From: Eledone cirrhosa
Lineage: Eukaryota
Assembly (NCBI GenBank): GCA_964016885.1
Contig: CAXHJY010000271.1
Span: 22,001-86,000, forward strand
DNA length: 64,000 nt
Direction: 5' to 3'
The translations under genes and the position numbers were made by a program. Below are positions 37,367 to 52,118 of this stretch, in pieces. A model generated the notes under the pieces. It was not told the DNA's origin and did not search any database. It saw nothing but the letters and a program-made list of their open reading frames with translations. The number at the start of each line of letters is the position of its first letter. The first letter of the stretch is position 1.

Positions 37367-37830
37367 TATATATATATATATATAAATGAATATTTATTCA
37401 ATTTAAAGCGCCAATTATCTATATATAACAAGATATGAATTTTTCTAGGGATGGGGAAATTTTCAGTTTGTTTTTATATTTTCACTTCATTTTTTACTTT
37501 CTATTTAATACAGTCTTTGATCCAATATAATCCTGACAGTATTTGAACCAGTTTACCTCATATATATGTATGCACACACAACACTCAAGTTTCGCCATCT
37601 ACTGCTATTTCATTCATATTTATTGTTTAATTAACTCTGGTCTAATTCATCAACTATTGTTAATTATATTATTACGTAGATTTCTTATAAAATCTAGTGC
37701 ATATATACGTGTATATATACAGGGAGACACTGTGTAATAGATGTAAAGAGAGTGGGAGATAGAGTTATAGAAGTAAAGAGAGGGAGAGAAATAAGCGGTA
37801 GATAGAGCAATAGATGTAAAGAGAGGGTTA

Positions 37831-37983
37831 GAACGTTCAACTTGACAGTCAGTACATATGCCAACTACCCAACCGGCCAGCCAGCCGTATTTGCGGTTGA
37901 CTGGCCAGTTGGGCGGTTGGTATGTGGAACGTTCAACTACGCAGTCAGTACCGAAGTTCAACATTGTAGCCAGTGCATATGCC
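37831..37983. repeat. Palindrome + 21-bp repeat module (3-repeat form)
   Basis: Copy of 9511-9663. Confidence 0.9.
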
Positions 37984-38029
37984 GATCGCCGCGACCTCTT
38001 TGCTCTATTTAAATGACCTGGAACTAAGT

Positions 38030-38142
38030 AAAAAGAGTAGGAGATAACTCGACAAGAGCGGAGAGGGTGAGATTCGAACCATGTAAAGTCGTTGGCTCCT
38101 GAACTTCGTAAGCGGGGCTGCTACTGACTGAGCAACGCCGGC
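38030..38142 (-). ncRNA. tRNA-like Pol III element, allele I
   Basis: Copy of 1425-1537. Confidence 0.55.
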
Positions 38143-38897
38143 AGCAAGGCAAATCGCGCATAAAATAACGCTTATATCGAGAAAATAAAACAAAAATTTC
38201 AATGTTGCACTTTTGTTTGTTGTTCTTTTATTTTACGTAAACATTTCGCTGCTCTAGCCTCTTATTTCCTATTAGATTACACTTAATTCCATTAAACATT
38301 CATTCTTAGTCTCGTGGTAAACTATTTCATCTATATTTATATCGCTGTTACAGCCTTTTATTTCTACATCTATCACCTATAGCCACTGTTACGCCGGTAG
38401 TATAAGTAGCTTTATAACAAGAAACGATGATATAACTCCACAAAATGTCTTCTTGAGCAAGACACTTCACTTCATATTGCTCCAGTACACCGAGTTACAC
38501 ATAGACAGATACATACATACACATATATATGTACACAGATAGAAATAAGAGGGAGATAGAGTAAAAGATTTAAAGAGAGGGTGAGAGTGTGACACACATT
38601 TATCTGTCTATCTCTCTCTATTTTAACACCGGTCGTTATAATTAGTTTTATAACACCGCTATATTACCGACATGAAAGAGGTAAATAATTATTTCTTAAA
38701 TGTTTAGAACATGTTTCTCTTGTCTTCTTAAATGTATAGAACATGTTTCTTATTTATATTCTTAACATAGCTAGGACCTTATCTCATTTACTGGTCTCTA
38801 CTTTTAGGGCTTTGCTGGTCCCATGTGCCCTCCATGAAGACACACTCGCCCCTTCTCTCTCAGTCTCCGTACTAATTACTACACATACGTATATATA

Positions 38898-41050
38898 TTT
38901 ATTTTAAGAAACCTTAATGACAAATAATATAAAGTGTTTGTAAAGTGGGGAAGAGTAGTTTTACGGTGGGGTTGTTATATAGATATCGTTTTTGCAGTGG
39001 GGTCGTGACTGGCGTATAATAATGAGTCACTGTTGATGTATATACAAATCATGTTTTGGATATAAGTGAAGTTATTTAAGAGATTTAGTTGTTTTGTATA
39101 CATTCATAACGGTACGCGATGGGACCCATCCACAGCCCCGGCGGACAGAATTGAGAAGGCGTTTCCCCGGAGCACGGCAAGGGAGACGCGCTGGAAAAGC
39201 CACTCCAACTCGCGGGGCTCACACCTGCGGCTGGCCAGCTCAGCGCCTATGGTGGTGAGTAAGGAGGTAGCCCTGGGGCCGAGGACACCAGAAGTCTCCA
39301 CTTCCAGGGGTACGACCGCAAACCTGTCGGAGAGTGAACGATATGTGAGGAGTTTGGCCCCCTCAGCCTGACGTGCAGCAGAACCTGGGCCAGTCGCAGA
39401 CTGCACCAGGTTGCGGCTGCAGAAAGTGTCGGTGCAAGTGGCATCCCAGACGAGGGGTTTGCCACCACGGAACGGGAAGATGGTCATGCCATCTAGCCTT
39501 TTGCCGTCCCCTCGAGCTGGGAAGGGAAGCCTGCAGCGTCCAAGCCATGCTTAATGACTTCGTTGAGGGCAGCATGGCGTGGATTGCAGGTGGAGTCCGA
39601 AAGAGTCCATGGTGGAACGGCAGCGACATTGGTGTGAGGCCGAGCCTCAGGGAAACGCCGATGCGCAAGATATTGTTGTCTAGCTGCGTGCGAGTGGAGA
39701 AGGAGGGCAGGGCATGGAGCCAGGCCCCACTGTGGGGTTTGGAGGCTGCACGAAAACAAACAAGGCGGTGCTGGTCGAGCTGGCACGTGAGCCTGTCTGA
39801 GGCCAGGCTGCACTGGATGGCATCCCAAGTGTGTTGGGGGGGACTTGACGTCAACAGGGGGAGAAGGAGGAGGAACGTCTACTGGGCTAAGTCCCAGCCG
39901 GTCCCACGTCTCACAGGCGGCCACGCGTTCTCTGAACACAGAGGGTTCTGCTGAAGAGGACGTGGTACGAGGTTACCGACGAAAGATATGCCGGCAAAGC
40001 TAGTGAGATCGGGGACTGGAGGCGAAGGCCGCCATACCTGACAGGTAAAGTTGCATATCTCATCGGCTGCTGCTCGGATACAAGTTTAGGTGTAGCACAG
40101 AGTGTATAGAGGAGCTTCGGCATGGCGTAGCAGTTCCTCAGCAGAAAGAGAACTGGGTGGCCATCAATCAAGCCCAGTCGGCTCGTGAGAGTCTGGACTT
40201 GATGGAGGAGCGGGTGGATCGGTGAGGGCATCCTCTTTGGGGGGTCACCTGAACCTGGCGGAGAATGGACCGCACGTCCAAGACGGAGACTGCAAAGCTT
40301 GCAGCATCGAGGCTGACATTCACCACCTCCGACTTGGCTGAGTTGACCTGGAGGTCGATTCCCGCCAGGGCAGGAACCACCGATTGAAGGTCATGGCAGA
40401 ACGCCTGTACGGGCCCACCCAAAGTAGCATCATCCAGATACCAAACGTTGAGAGGGGCCGTTATACTCCAGGCGATGTGGTCAATACCAAGGGTGAACAG
40501 GAGGGGTCCCAAAGGGTTGCCCTGTTGGATCCCAGTAGCCAAGGGTATGACCGTATCAGCAGCATGGCGCATGCTTGGGGCTCCATATGACAGGTAGGCA
40601 GAGGGGGCTCGGCTGAGGCAGGCCTCGAGCAGATGATCCCAGCGTAAAGAGTTGAAGGCATTCCTCATGTCAAACTTGACAATGAGGTGGCTGGAGGCCC
40701 TGGATGCCGGTTCCGAGTGTTACGGACTTGCAGATTACCTTGGCAGCCAGCCTCCGGAAGACATTGCCCACAGCAATGGGGCGTATGCCATCCTCTTTCT
40801 TCCTGAGAGCGGTGAGGCTGGCCGAAAAAAAGAGGCCTCGAGCATAAGAGTCCAGGGCGCCATGGATGAGCCTATTGGTGAGCGCCACAATTGCACTCAG
40901 AAGGCGGCGCCCGGCCTCAGCGGAGAGGGGAGATATCAACTCCTTGAGGAGGCCTGGTCAGAGACCATCAACATCTCCGCAGCTGCTAGCTGGGAAGGAC
41001 CTGATGGCGGACATGATGTCTGCATCAGAAGCCACAAGGAGCAAGTGTGG
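38898..41050 (-). mobile_element. CRE-like RLE non-LTR element, deletion allele
   Basis: Copy of 24809-26961. Confidence 0.9.
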
Positions 41051-42530
41051 ATTACAATACAAAACCTCTGAGAATGATTTCTAAGATATTTCACCATAAT
41101 TAATTTTCATCAATATATATTAATATTATTATTGTTTATTAGGTCAGGTGGATTGGCCAGAACAATTCTACTCTTCTTTTTTAGATGTCACGATTTTTCA
41201 TGGCATTCCTGAGATCATTAATCTCCAGCTGGAGATCCAGAGACATCTGATGTATGTAGGTGAACCTCAGTCATCCCACTTGGCTCTTACTATGTTTAGG
41301 TATCCACCACAGGAGCCAGCTCATCAGGTCATCCTACCCTCAGCAGCAATGTCCAGCATCTATTGATTTCCGCTCCCTAGTTATTGTGGTAATCTTCGAT
41401 ATCTGGGAATATATTTCTTCTGCTTAAGGGAGTAATAAATATATAGTTTTAAAAAAAACATATATATACACACACATATATATATGTTGTCATTTATAAG
41501 AGTTCTCTATCAAAAGCCTTCTCTATGTCCAAAGCTAAGTATAGTGGCTTATTTTTCTCTAAGAACCTCTTTTGTAGTTGTCTCACTAAGAAGAGGGCAT
41601 CTGTTGCACTTTTCAGCGGCACAAAACCAAACTGCATCTCATACACATACATACATATACATACATACATACATACATATACACATACATACATACATCA
41701 TCATCATCATCATCATCATCATTTCGTTTTAAGTCCGCTTTTTCCCTGCTTGTAAGGGTGGGACGGGAACTGATTCTGGCTTGATTTCTACAGCTGGATG
41801 CCCTTCCTAACACCAACCTCATTTACAGTGAGTGCTGAGTGCTTTTTTGCCGTGGCACCTCCACGACCACTTTGCAGTGGAATGATATGGACCCCAGTCC
41901 CTATCATCTCATTTCTACAGCTGAGTAAACTGGAGCAATGTGAAATAAAGTGTCTTGCTCAAGGAAACAACACATCACCCGGTCTGAGAATTGAACTCAC
42001 AACCTTTCGATTGCCAGGCCAATGCTCGAACCACTAAGCCATGTGCCTCCATATACATATACATATACATATACATACACATACATATATATATACATAC
42101 ATACATATATACACATACATACATACACATACATACACATATACATACATATACATACATAGATATATATATATACATAATATAAATATACATACATACA
42201 CATACATAAGCATATACACATAAGTATATATACATATACACACGTATATATACATATACATACATACATATATACACATACATACATATATACATACATA
42301 CACACATATATACATATACACATACATACATATACATACATATACACATACATACATATATATATACATACACACACATATATACATACACACACATATA
42401 TACAAACACATACATATACACATATATACACATACATACACATACATATACATACATATACACATATACACTCATATATACATATACATACATACACACA
42501 CATACATACATATATACATATACATACATA

Positions 42531-43083
42531 AAGACAAATCCACCTCATGGACGAGAATGCAAGGGCTCCTCCTCTTTGTTTCGGCCGCGGATGGCTAACC
42601 CTAACCCCATCCCCGCTCCCCACCGCTCCCAACCTCCAAACGCAATCCAAAACTTCAGAGTTGGTACCATTAATGTAGGCACCTTATAGGGTGGCTCTAA
42701 CGAGGTTGTAGAAATGCTTGAACGTAAGGAGGTCGATGTTTGTTGTATTCAAGAGACCAGGTGGAGGGGTGGGTCTGCTAGATTCATCGTGGGTAAAGAA
42801 CGATGCTATAAGCTTTTCTGTGTGGCAAATGACAATGGGCTGGGTATACACATACCACCCCACCACCCCACCGCAAAGTGGTCGTGGAGGCGCCGCGGCC
42901 AAAAAGCACCCAGCCCACACTGTAAAGCTGACGTGGAGGTGCCACGGAAAAAAAAAAGCACCCAGCACTCACTGCAAACGGGGTTGGCGTCAGGAAGGGC
43001 ACCCAGCTGTAGAAACCAATCCAGAATCAGCTCCCACCCCACCCTTGCAAGCATGGAAAAGCGGACGTATGATGAAGTTGATA
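42531..43083 (+). mobile_element. Bipartite non-autonomous RTE (copy b)
   Basis: Near copy of 6003-6555. Confidence 0.85.
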
Positions 43084-43629
43084 TTGATATATATATATAT
43101 ATATATATTAGTATATATATACACATATATATATACACACATATATATCAGTGTACATATATATATACATATATATATATATATAAATGAATATTTATTC
43201 AATTTAAAGCGCCAATTATCTATATATAACAAGATATGAATTTTTCTAGGGATGGGGAAATTTTCAGTTTGTTTTTATATTTTCACTTCATTTTTTACTT
43301 TCTATTTAATACAGTCTTTGATCCAATATAATCCTGACAGTATTTGAACCAGTTTACCTCATATATATGTATGCACACACAACACTCAAGTTTCGCCATC
43401 TACTGCTATTTCATTCATATTTATTGTTTAATTAACTCTGGTCTAATTCATCAACTATTGTTAATTATATTATTACGTAGATTTCTTATAAAATCTAGTG
43501 CATATATACGTGTATATATACAGGGAGACACTGTAATAGATGTAAAGAGAGTGGGAGATAGAGTTATAGAAGTAAAGAGAGGGGGAGAACTAAGCGGTAG
43601 ATAGAGTAATAGATGTAAAGAGAGGGTTA

Positions 43630-43806
43630 GAACGTTCAACTTGACAGTCAGTACAATGTTCAGCATGGTAGCCAGTACATATGCCAACTACCCAACCGGC
43701 CAGCCAGCCGCATATGCGGTTGACTGGCCAGTTGGGCGGTTGGTATCTGGAACGTTCAACTACGCAGTCAGTACCAAAGTTCAACATTGTAGCCAGTGCA
43801 TATGCC
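43630..43806. repeat. Palindrome + 21-bp repeat module (4-repeat form)
   Basis: Copy of 29541-29717. Confidence 0.9.
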
Positions 43807-43852
43807 GATCGCCGCGCCCTCTTTGCTCTATTTTAATGACCTGGAACTAAGT

Positions 43853-43965
43853 AAAAAGAGTAGGAGATAACTCGACAAGAGCGGAGAGGGTGAGATTCGA
43901 ACCATGTAAAGTCGTTGGCTCCTGAAGTTCGTAAGCGGAGCTGCTACTGACTGAGCAGCGCCGGC
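43853..43965 (-). ncRNA. tRNA-like Pol III element, allele II
   Basis: Copy of 29764-29876. Confidence 0.55.
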
Positions 43966-44754
43966 AGCAAGGCAAATCGCGCATAAAATAACGCTTATAT
44001 CGACAAAAAAAAAAAAAAAATTTCAATGTTGCACTCTTGTTTGTTGTTCTTTTATTTTACGTAAACATTTCGCTGCTCTAGCCTCTTATTTCCTATTAGA
44101 TTACACTTAATTCCATTAAACATTCATTCTTAGTCTCGTGGTAAACTATTTCATCTATATTTATATCGCTGTTACAGCCTTTTATTTCTACATCTATCAC
44201 CTATAGCCACTGTTACGCCGGTAGTATAAGTAGCTTTATAACAAGAAACGATGATATAACTCCACAAAATGTCTTCTTCAGCAAGACACTTCACTTCATA
44301 TTGCTCCAGTACACCGAGTTACACATAGACAGATACATACATACATACACAGATAGAAATGAGAGGTAGATAGAGTAAAAGATTTAAAGAGAGTGTGAGA
44401 AGTACGAGTTAGATAGTGTAAAAGATTTAAAGAGGGGGTGAGAGTGTGACACACATTTATCTGTCTATCTCTCTCTATTTTAACACCGGTCGTTATAATT
44501 AGTTTTATAACACCGCTATATTACCGACATGAAAGAGGTAAATAATTATTTCTTAAATGTTTAGAACATGTTTCTCTTGTCTTCTTAAATGTATAGAACA
44601 TGTTTCTTATTTATATTCTTAACATAGCTAGGACCTTATCTCATTTACTGGTCTCTACTTTTAGGGCTTTGCTGGTCCCATGTGCCCTCCATGAAGACAC
44701 ACTCGCCCCTTCTCTCTCAGTCTCCGTACTAATTACTACACATACGTATATATA

Positions 44755-46938
44755 TTTATTTTAAGAAACCTTAATGACAAATAATATAAAGTGTTTGTAA
44801 AGTGGGGAAGAGTAGTTTTACGGTGGGGTTGTTATATAGATATCGTTTTTGCAGTGGGGTCGTGACTGGCGTATAATAATGAGTCACTGTTGATGTATAT
44901 ACAAATCATGTTTTGGATATAAGTGAAGTTATTTAAGAGATTTAGTTGTTTTGTATACATTCATAACGGTACGCGATGGGACCCACCCACAGCCCCGGCG
45001 GACAGAATAGAGAAGGCGTTTCCCCGGAGCACGGCAAGGGAGACGCGCTGGAAAAGCCACTCCAACTCGCGGGGCTCACACCTGCGGCTGGCCAGCTCAG
45101 CGCCTATGGTGGTGAGTAAGGAGGTAGCCCTGGGGCCGAGGACACCAGAAGTCTCCACTTCCAGGGGTACGACCGCAAACCTGTCGGAGAGTGAACGATA
45201 TGTGAGGAGTTTGGCCCCCTCAGCCTGACGTGCAGCAGAACCTGGGCCAGTCGCAGACTGCACCAGGTTGCGGCTGCAGAAAGTGTCGGTGCAAGTGGCA
45301 TCCCAGACGAGGGGTTTGCCACCGCGGAACGGGAAGATGGTCATGCCATCTAGCCTTTTGCCGTCCCCTCGAGCTGGGAAGGGAAGCCTGCAGCGTCCAA
45401 GCCATGCTTAATGACTTCGTTGAGGGCAGCATGGCGTGGATTGCAGGTGGAGGCCGAAAGAGTCCATGGTGGAACGGCAGCGACATTGGTGTGAGGCCGA
45501 GCCTCAGGGAAACGCCGATGCGCAAGCTATTGTTGTCTAGCTGCGTGCGAGTGGAGAAGGAGGGCAGGGCATGGAGCCAGGCCCCACTGTGGGGTTTGGA
45601 GGCTGCACGAAAACAAACAAGGCGGTGCTGGTCGAGCTGGCACGTGAGCCTGTCTGAGGCCAGGCTGCACTGGATGGCATCCCAAGTGTGTTGGGGGGGA
45701 CTTGACGTCAACAGGGGGAGAAGGAGGAGGAACGTCTACTGGGCTAAGTCCCAGCCGGTCCCACGTCTCACAGGCGGCCACGCGTTCTCTGAACACAGAG
45801 GGTTCTGTTGTGTTTTGAAGAACCCTGCTGAAGAGGACGTGGTACGAGGTTACCGACGAAAGATATGCCGGCAAAGCTAGTGAGATCGGGGACTGGAGGC
45901 GAAGGCCGCCATACCTGACAGGTAAAGTTGCATATCTCATCGGCTGCTGCTCGGATACAAGTTTAGGTGTAGCACAGAGTGTATAGAGGAGCTTCGGCAT
46001 GGCGTAGCAGTTCCTCAGCAGAAAGAGAACTGGGTGGCCATCAATCAAGCCCAGTCGGCTCGTGAGAGTCTGGACTTGATGGAGGAGCGGATGGCCGGCG
46101 GGTGGATCGGTGAGGGCATCCTCTTTGGGGGGTCACCTGAACCTGGCGGAGAATGGACCGCACGTCCAAGACGGAGACTGCAAAGCTTGCAGCATCGAGG
46201 CTGACATTCACCACCTCCGACTTGGCTGAGTTGACCTGGAGGTCGATTCCCGCCAGGGCAGGAACCACCGATTGAAGGTCATGGCAGAACGCCTGTACGG
46301 GCCCACCCAAAGTAGCATCATCCAGATACCAAACGTTGAGAGGGGCCGTTATACTCCAGGCGATGTGGTCAATACCAAGGGTGAACAGGAGGGGTCCCAA
46401 AGGGTTGCCCTGTTGGATCCCAGTAGCCAAGGGTATGACCGTATCAGCAGCATGGCGCATGCTTGGGGCTCCATATGACAGGTAGGCAGAGGGGGCTCGG
46501 CTGAGGCAGGCCTCGAGCAGATGATCCCAGCGTAAAGAGTTGAAGGCATTCCTCATGTCAAACTTGACAATGAGGTGGCTGGAGGCCCTGGATGCCGGTT
46601 CCGAGTGTTACGGACTTGCAGATTACCTTGGCAGCCAGCCTCCGGAAGACATTGCCCACAGCAATGGGGCGCATGCCATCCTCTTTCTTCCTGAGAGCGG
46701 TGAGGCTGGCCGAAAAAAAGAGGCCTCGAGCATAAGAGTCCAGGGCGCCATGGATGAGCCTATTGGTGAGCGCCACAATTGCACTCAGAAAGCGGCGCCC
46801 GGCCTCAGCGGAGAGGGGAGATATCAACTCCTTGAGGAGGCCTGGTCAGAGACCATCAACATCTCCGCAGCTGCTAGCTGGGAAGGACCTGATGGCGGAC
46901 ATGATGTCTGCATCAGAAGCCACAAGGAGCAAGTGTGG
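44755..46938 (-). mobile_element. CRE-like RLE non-LTR element, defective
   Basis: Copy of 30666-32849. Confidence 0.9.
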
Positions 46939-48412
46939 ATTACAATACAAAACCTCTGAGAATGATTTCTAAGATATTTCACCATAATTAATTTTCATCA
47001 ATATATATTAATATTATTATTGTTTATTAGGTCAGGTGGATTGGCCAGAACAATTCTACTCTTCTTTTTTAGATGTCACGATTTTTCATGGCATTCCTGA
47101 GATCATTAATCTCCAGCTGGAGATCCAGAGACATCTGATGTATGTAGGTGAACCTCAGTCATCCCACTTGGCTCTTACTATGTTTAGGTATCCACCACAG
47201 GAGCCAGCTCATCAGGTCATCCTACCCTCAGCAGCAATGTCCAGCATCTATTGATTTCCGCTCCCTAGTTATTGTGGTAATCTTCGATATCTGGGAATAT
47301 ATTTCTTCTGCTTAAGGGAGTAATAAATATATAGTTTTAAAAAAAACATATATATACACACACATATATATATGTTGTCATTTATAAGAGTTCTCTATCA
47401 AAAGCCTTCTCTATGTCCAAAGCTAAGTATAGTGGCTTATTTTTCTCTAAGAACCTCTTTTGTAGTTGTCTCACTAAGAAGAGGGCATCTGTTGCACTTT
47501 TCAGCAGCACAAAACCAAACTGCATCTCATACACATACATACATATACATACATACATACATACATATACACATACATACATACATCATCATCATCATCA
47601 TCATCATCATTTCGTTTTAAGTCCGCTTTTTCCCTGCTTGCAAGGGTGGGACGGGAACTGATTCTGGCTTGATTTCTACAGCTGGATGCCCTTCCTAACA
47701 CCAACCTCATTTACAGTGAGTGCTGAGTGCTTTTTTGCCGTGGCACCTCCACGACCACTTTGCAGTGGAATGATATGGACCCCAGTCCCTATCATCTCAT
47801 TTCTACAGCTGAGTAAACTGGAGCAATGTGAAATAAAGTGTCTTGCTCAAGGAAACAACAGATCACCCGGTCTGAGAATTGAACTCACAACCTTTCGATT
47901 GCCAGGCCAATGCTCGAACCACTAAGCCATGTGCCTCCATATACATATACATATACATATACATACACATACATATATATATACATACATACATATATAC
48001 ACATACATACATACACATACATACACATATACATACATATACATACATAGATATATATATATACATAATATAAATATACATACATACACATACATAAGCA
48101 TATACACATAAGTATATATACATATACACACGTATATATACATATACATACATACATATATACACATACATACATATATACATACATACACACATATATA
48201 CATATACACATACATACATATACATACATATACACATACATACATATATATATATATACATACACACACATATATACATACACACACATATATACAAACA
48301 CATACATATACACATATATACACATACATACACATACATATACACATATACACTCATATATACATATACATACATACACACACATACATACATATATACA
48401 TATACATACATA

Positions 48413-48965
48413 AAGACAAATCCACCTCATGGACGAGAATGCAAGGGCTCCTCCTCTTTGTTTCGGCCGCGGATGGCTAACCCTAACCCCTTCCCCGCTC
48501 CCCACCGCTCCCAACCTCCAAACGCAATCCAAAACTTCAGAGTTGGTACCATTAATGTAGGCACCTTATAGGGTGGCTCTAACGAGGTTGTAGAAATGCT
48601 TGAACGTAAGGAGGTCGATGTTTGTTGTATTCAAGAGACCAGGTGGAGGGGTGGGTCTGCTAGATTCATCGTGGGTAAAGAACGATGCTATAAGCTTTTC
48701 TGTGTGGCAAATGACAATGGGCTGGGTATACACATACCACCCCACCACCCCACCGCAAAGTGGTCGTGGAGGCGCCGCGGCAAAAAAGCACCCAGCCCAC
48801 ACTGTAAAGCTGACGTGGAGGTGCCACGGAAAAAAAAAAGCACCCAGCACTCACTGCAAACGGGGTTGGCGTCAGGAAGGGCACCCAGCTGTAGAAACCA
48901 ATCCAGAATCAGCTCCCACCCCACCCTTGCAAGCATGGAAAAGCGGACGTATTATGAAGTTGATA
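48413..48965 (+). mobile_element. Bipartite non-autonomous RTE (copy b)
   Basis: Copy of 6003-6555. Confidence 0.85.
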
Positions 48966-48966
48966 T

Positions 48967-49023
<57 letters not shown>

Positions 49024-49066
49024 TATATATATACACATATATATATATACACACATATATATCAGT

Positions 49067-50991
49067 CATCATCATCACCGTTTTACGTCCGTTCTTCCAC
49101 GCTAGCATGGGTTAGACGGGTTGTCCTGTTGTGGGCAGTGTCTGGTCGGCTGACCATGCCTTGCTCATACAGGAACTGATCTGGCTTGATTTCTACAGCT
49201 GGATGCCCTTCCTAACACCAACCTCATTTACAGTGAGTGCTGGGTGCTTTTTCGTGGCGCCTACACGTCCACTTTACAGTGTGGGCTGGGTGCTTTTTTG
49301 CCGTGGCACCTCCACGACCACCTTGCGGTGGGGGGGGGGGCATATTGTTTATATGCTTCAGCATGTACCCATGGGAGGTCGGGTACCCTGTATTACTGCG
49401 TGACGCCAGAAGTCACGGTCGTGTGTCATTGACTTTGAGAGGTGTAGTTGGGTAAGGTCGGCTTTTATCACCTCATCCCAAGTCATCTTGGGTCTCCCCA
49501 CTCCGCGGTTTCCATCAACTTCTAGTGCTCTGCACCTTTTTATGCAGCTGTCATCCTTCATACGCATCACATGTCCATACCAGCGTAACCGCCTCTCCTG
49601 CACGCAGCATTTGATTCCTCTTATGCTCAGTCTCTCTCTCAATTCATTTATGCTTTGTCGTTCACGTATATTACTGTTACACATCCATCGGAGCATGCAG
49701 GCTTCGTTTCTCTCTAATCTACGTAGGTCTTCCACCTTCAGCGCCCAGGTCTCACTACCATGCAACATCGCTGTTCGGATACACGCATCATACAGTCTGC
49801 CTTTCATTCTGAGGGAGAAGCCTTTTGCAGCTAGCAGTGGTAGTAGTTCCCTAAACTTCTTCCATCCCGTTCTTACCCTAGTTATTGTACTTTCTGAGCA
49901 CCCACCTCCGTTGCTAATTCGGTCACCTAGGTAGCAGAAGCTGTCTACTGTTTCTACAGGGCCCTCCCAGAGATTGGTGGTACTTGTTTCCTGTGGCTGT
50001 TTGCTTGCTGTTTCAGCACAGCTGCTGCATGTGAATCCTACATTCTTAATTAAGCTTCCTGAGATCCCGCTACATCTCTTGTGTACCCATTGTTTGCATT
50101 TGGGGCAAAGAATGGAGTTCCTACCTACACCTTTCCTACATACTGAGCAAGGCCATTTCCCTGAGGGGATCTGGGTTCTGTTTTCTCGTCTACTTATAAG
50201 GACCTTAGTCTTTGTCATGTTGACTTTGAGGCCCTTTCTCTCTAGTCCCTGCTTCCAGGTTTGGAATTTATTCTCTAGTTCTACCATAGATTCAGCTATG
50301 AGTGCGAGGTCATCAGCATACAGGAGTTCCCATGGGCATCCGGTCTTAAACTCCTCCGTTATTGCCTGCAGGACTATGATGAACAGGAGAGGGCTAAGAA
50401 CAGAGCCCTGGTGGACCCCAACCTGTACGCTAAATTCCTCGCTATACTCATTGCCAATCCTAACTTTGCTGACTGCTCCCCTATACATGGCTTGTACCGC
50501 TTTCACAAGCCATTCATCTACTCCTAGTTTTCTAAGAGCCCACCAGATTACTGCACGTGGAACTCTGTCAAAGGCTTTCTCAAGGTCGACAAATGCCAAG
50601 TAGAGTGGCTTACTTTTAGCTAGGTACTTTTCCTGTAATTGCCTCACAAGGAAGAGCGCATCAGTGGTGCCTTTCCCTGGTACAAACCCAAATTGCATCT
50701 CGTCTATATTCACCCGGTCCCTAATCAGCTGTGCTATAACTCTTTCTGTTACTTTCATGACCTGGTCCATCAACTTTATACCTCTATAGTTTCCTCTATC
50801 TAGTGCATCGCCTTTACCTTTGTAGCAGTTGACAATGATGCTACTGCACCAATCTTTTGGTATGGCCCCCTCTAGTATTACCTGGTTAACGATACGTGTG
50901 GTTATAGTGTGACCTACAGACCCAGATGCCTTCAGCATCTCGGCAGCTATACCCGATGGACCGGTTGCCTTCCCTATCTTCATATCTCTGA
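49067..50991 (-). mobile_element. 5'-truncated RTE-clade LINE
   Basis: Copy of 34978-36902. Confidence 0.93.
49358..50983 (-). CDS. RTE reverse transcriptase (541 aa)
   Basis: Same protein as 6949-8574. Confidence 0.88.
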   Translation of the reverse strand: MKIGKATGPSGIAAEMLKASGSVGHTITTRIVNQVILEGAIPKDWCSSIIVNCYKGKGDALDRGNYRGIKLMDQVMKVTERVIAQLIRDRVNIDEMQFGFVPGKGTTDALFLVRQLQEKYLAKSKPLYLAFVDLEKAFDRVPRAVIWWALRKLGVDEWLVKAVQAMYRGAVSKVRIGNEYSEEFSVQVGVHQGSVLSPLLFIIVLQAITEEFKTGCPWELLYADDLALIAESMVELENKFQTWKQGLERKGLKVNMTKTKVLISRRENRTQIPSGKWPCSVCRKGVGRNSILCPKCKQWVHKRCSGISGSLIKNVGFTCSSCAETASKQPQETSTTNLWEGPVETVDSFCYLGDRISNGGGCSESTITRVRTGWKKFRELLPLLAAKGFSLRMKGRLYDACIRTAMLHGSETWALKVEDLRRLERNEACMLRWMCNSNIRERQSINELRERLSIRGIKCCVQERRLRWYGHVMRMKDDSCIKRCRALEVDGNRGVGRPKMTWDEVIKADLTQLHLSKSMTHDRDFWRHAVIQGTRPPMGTC

Positions 50992-51113
50992 TTAATTTTC
51001 CTTTTACATCTCTTAGAAATAACTGAAAATCTTTGGTGAGAACCCCAATGTCTATTTATCTAATATAATTAATTTAATTTAATTTAATTTAATTTTTATT
51101 TTAGTGAAACCAC

Positions 51114-51455
51114 TGTTGTATTCAAGAGACCAGGTGGAGGGGTGGGTCTGCTAGATTCATCGTGGGTAAAGAACGGTGCTATGAACTTTTCTGGGTGGGA
51201 AATGACAATGGGCTGGGTATACACATACCACCCCACCACCCCACCGTAAAGTGGTCGTGGAGGCGCCACGGCAAAAAAGCACCCAGCCCGCTCTGTAAAG
51301 CTGACGTGGAGGTGCCACGTAAAAAAGAAAAGCACCCAGCACTCACTGCAAACTGGGTTGGCGTCAGGAAGGGCACCCAGCTGTAGAAACCAATCCAGAA
51401 TCAGCTCCCACCCCACCCTTGCAAGCATGGAAAAGCGGACGTATGATGAAGTTGA
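51114..51455 (+). mobile_element. Bipartite non-autonomous RTE (copy a)
   Basis: Copy of 304-645. Confidence 0.8.
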
Positions 51456-51919
51456 TATATATATATATATATAAATGAATATTTATTCAATTTAAAGCGC
51501 CAATTATCTATATATAACAAGATATGAATTTTTCTAGGGATGGGGAAATTTTCAGTTTGTTTTTATATTTTCACTTCATTTTTTACTTTCTATTTAATAC
51601 AGTCTTTGATCCAATATAATCCTGACAGTATTTGAACCAGTTTACCTCATATATATGTATGCACACACAACACTCAAGTTTCGCCATCTACTGCTATTTC
51701 ATTCATATTTATTGTTTAATTAACTCTGGTCTAATTCATCAACTATTGTTAATTATATTATTACGTAGATTTCTTATAAAATCTAGTGCATATATACGTG
51801 TATATATACAGGGAGACACTGTGTAATAGATGTAAAGAGAGTGGGAGATAGAGTTATAGAAGTAAAGAGAGGGAGAGAAATAAGCGGTAGATAGAGCAAT
51901 AGATGTAAAGAGAGGGTTA

Positions 51920-52072
51920 GAACGTTCAACTTGACAGTCAGTACATATGCCAACTACCCAACCGGCCAGCCAGCCGTATTTGCGGTTGACTGGCCAGTTG
52001 GGCGGTTGGTATGTGGAACGTTCAACTACGCAGTCAGTACCGAAGTTCAACATTGTAGCCAGTGCATATGCC
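51920..52072. repeat. Palindrome + 21-bp repeat module (3-repeat form)
   Basis: Copy of 9511-9663. Confidence 0.9.
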
Positions 52073-52118
52073 GATCGCCGCGACCTCTTTGCTCTATTTA
52101 AATGACCTGGAACTAAGT

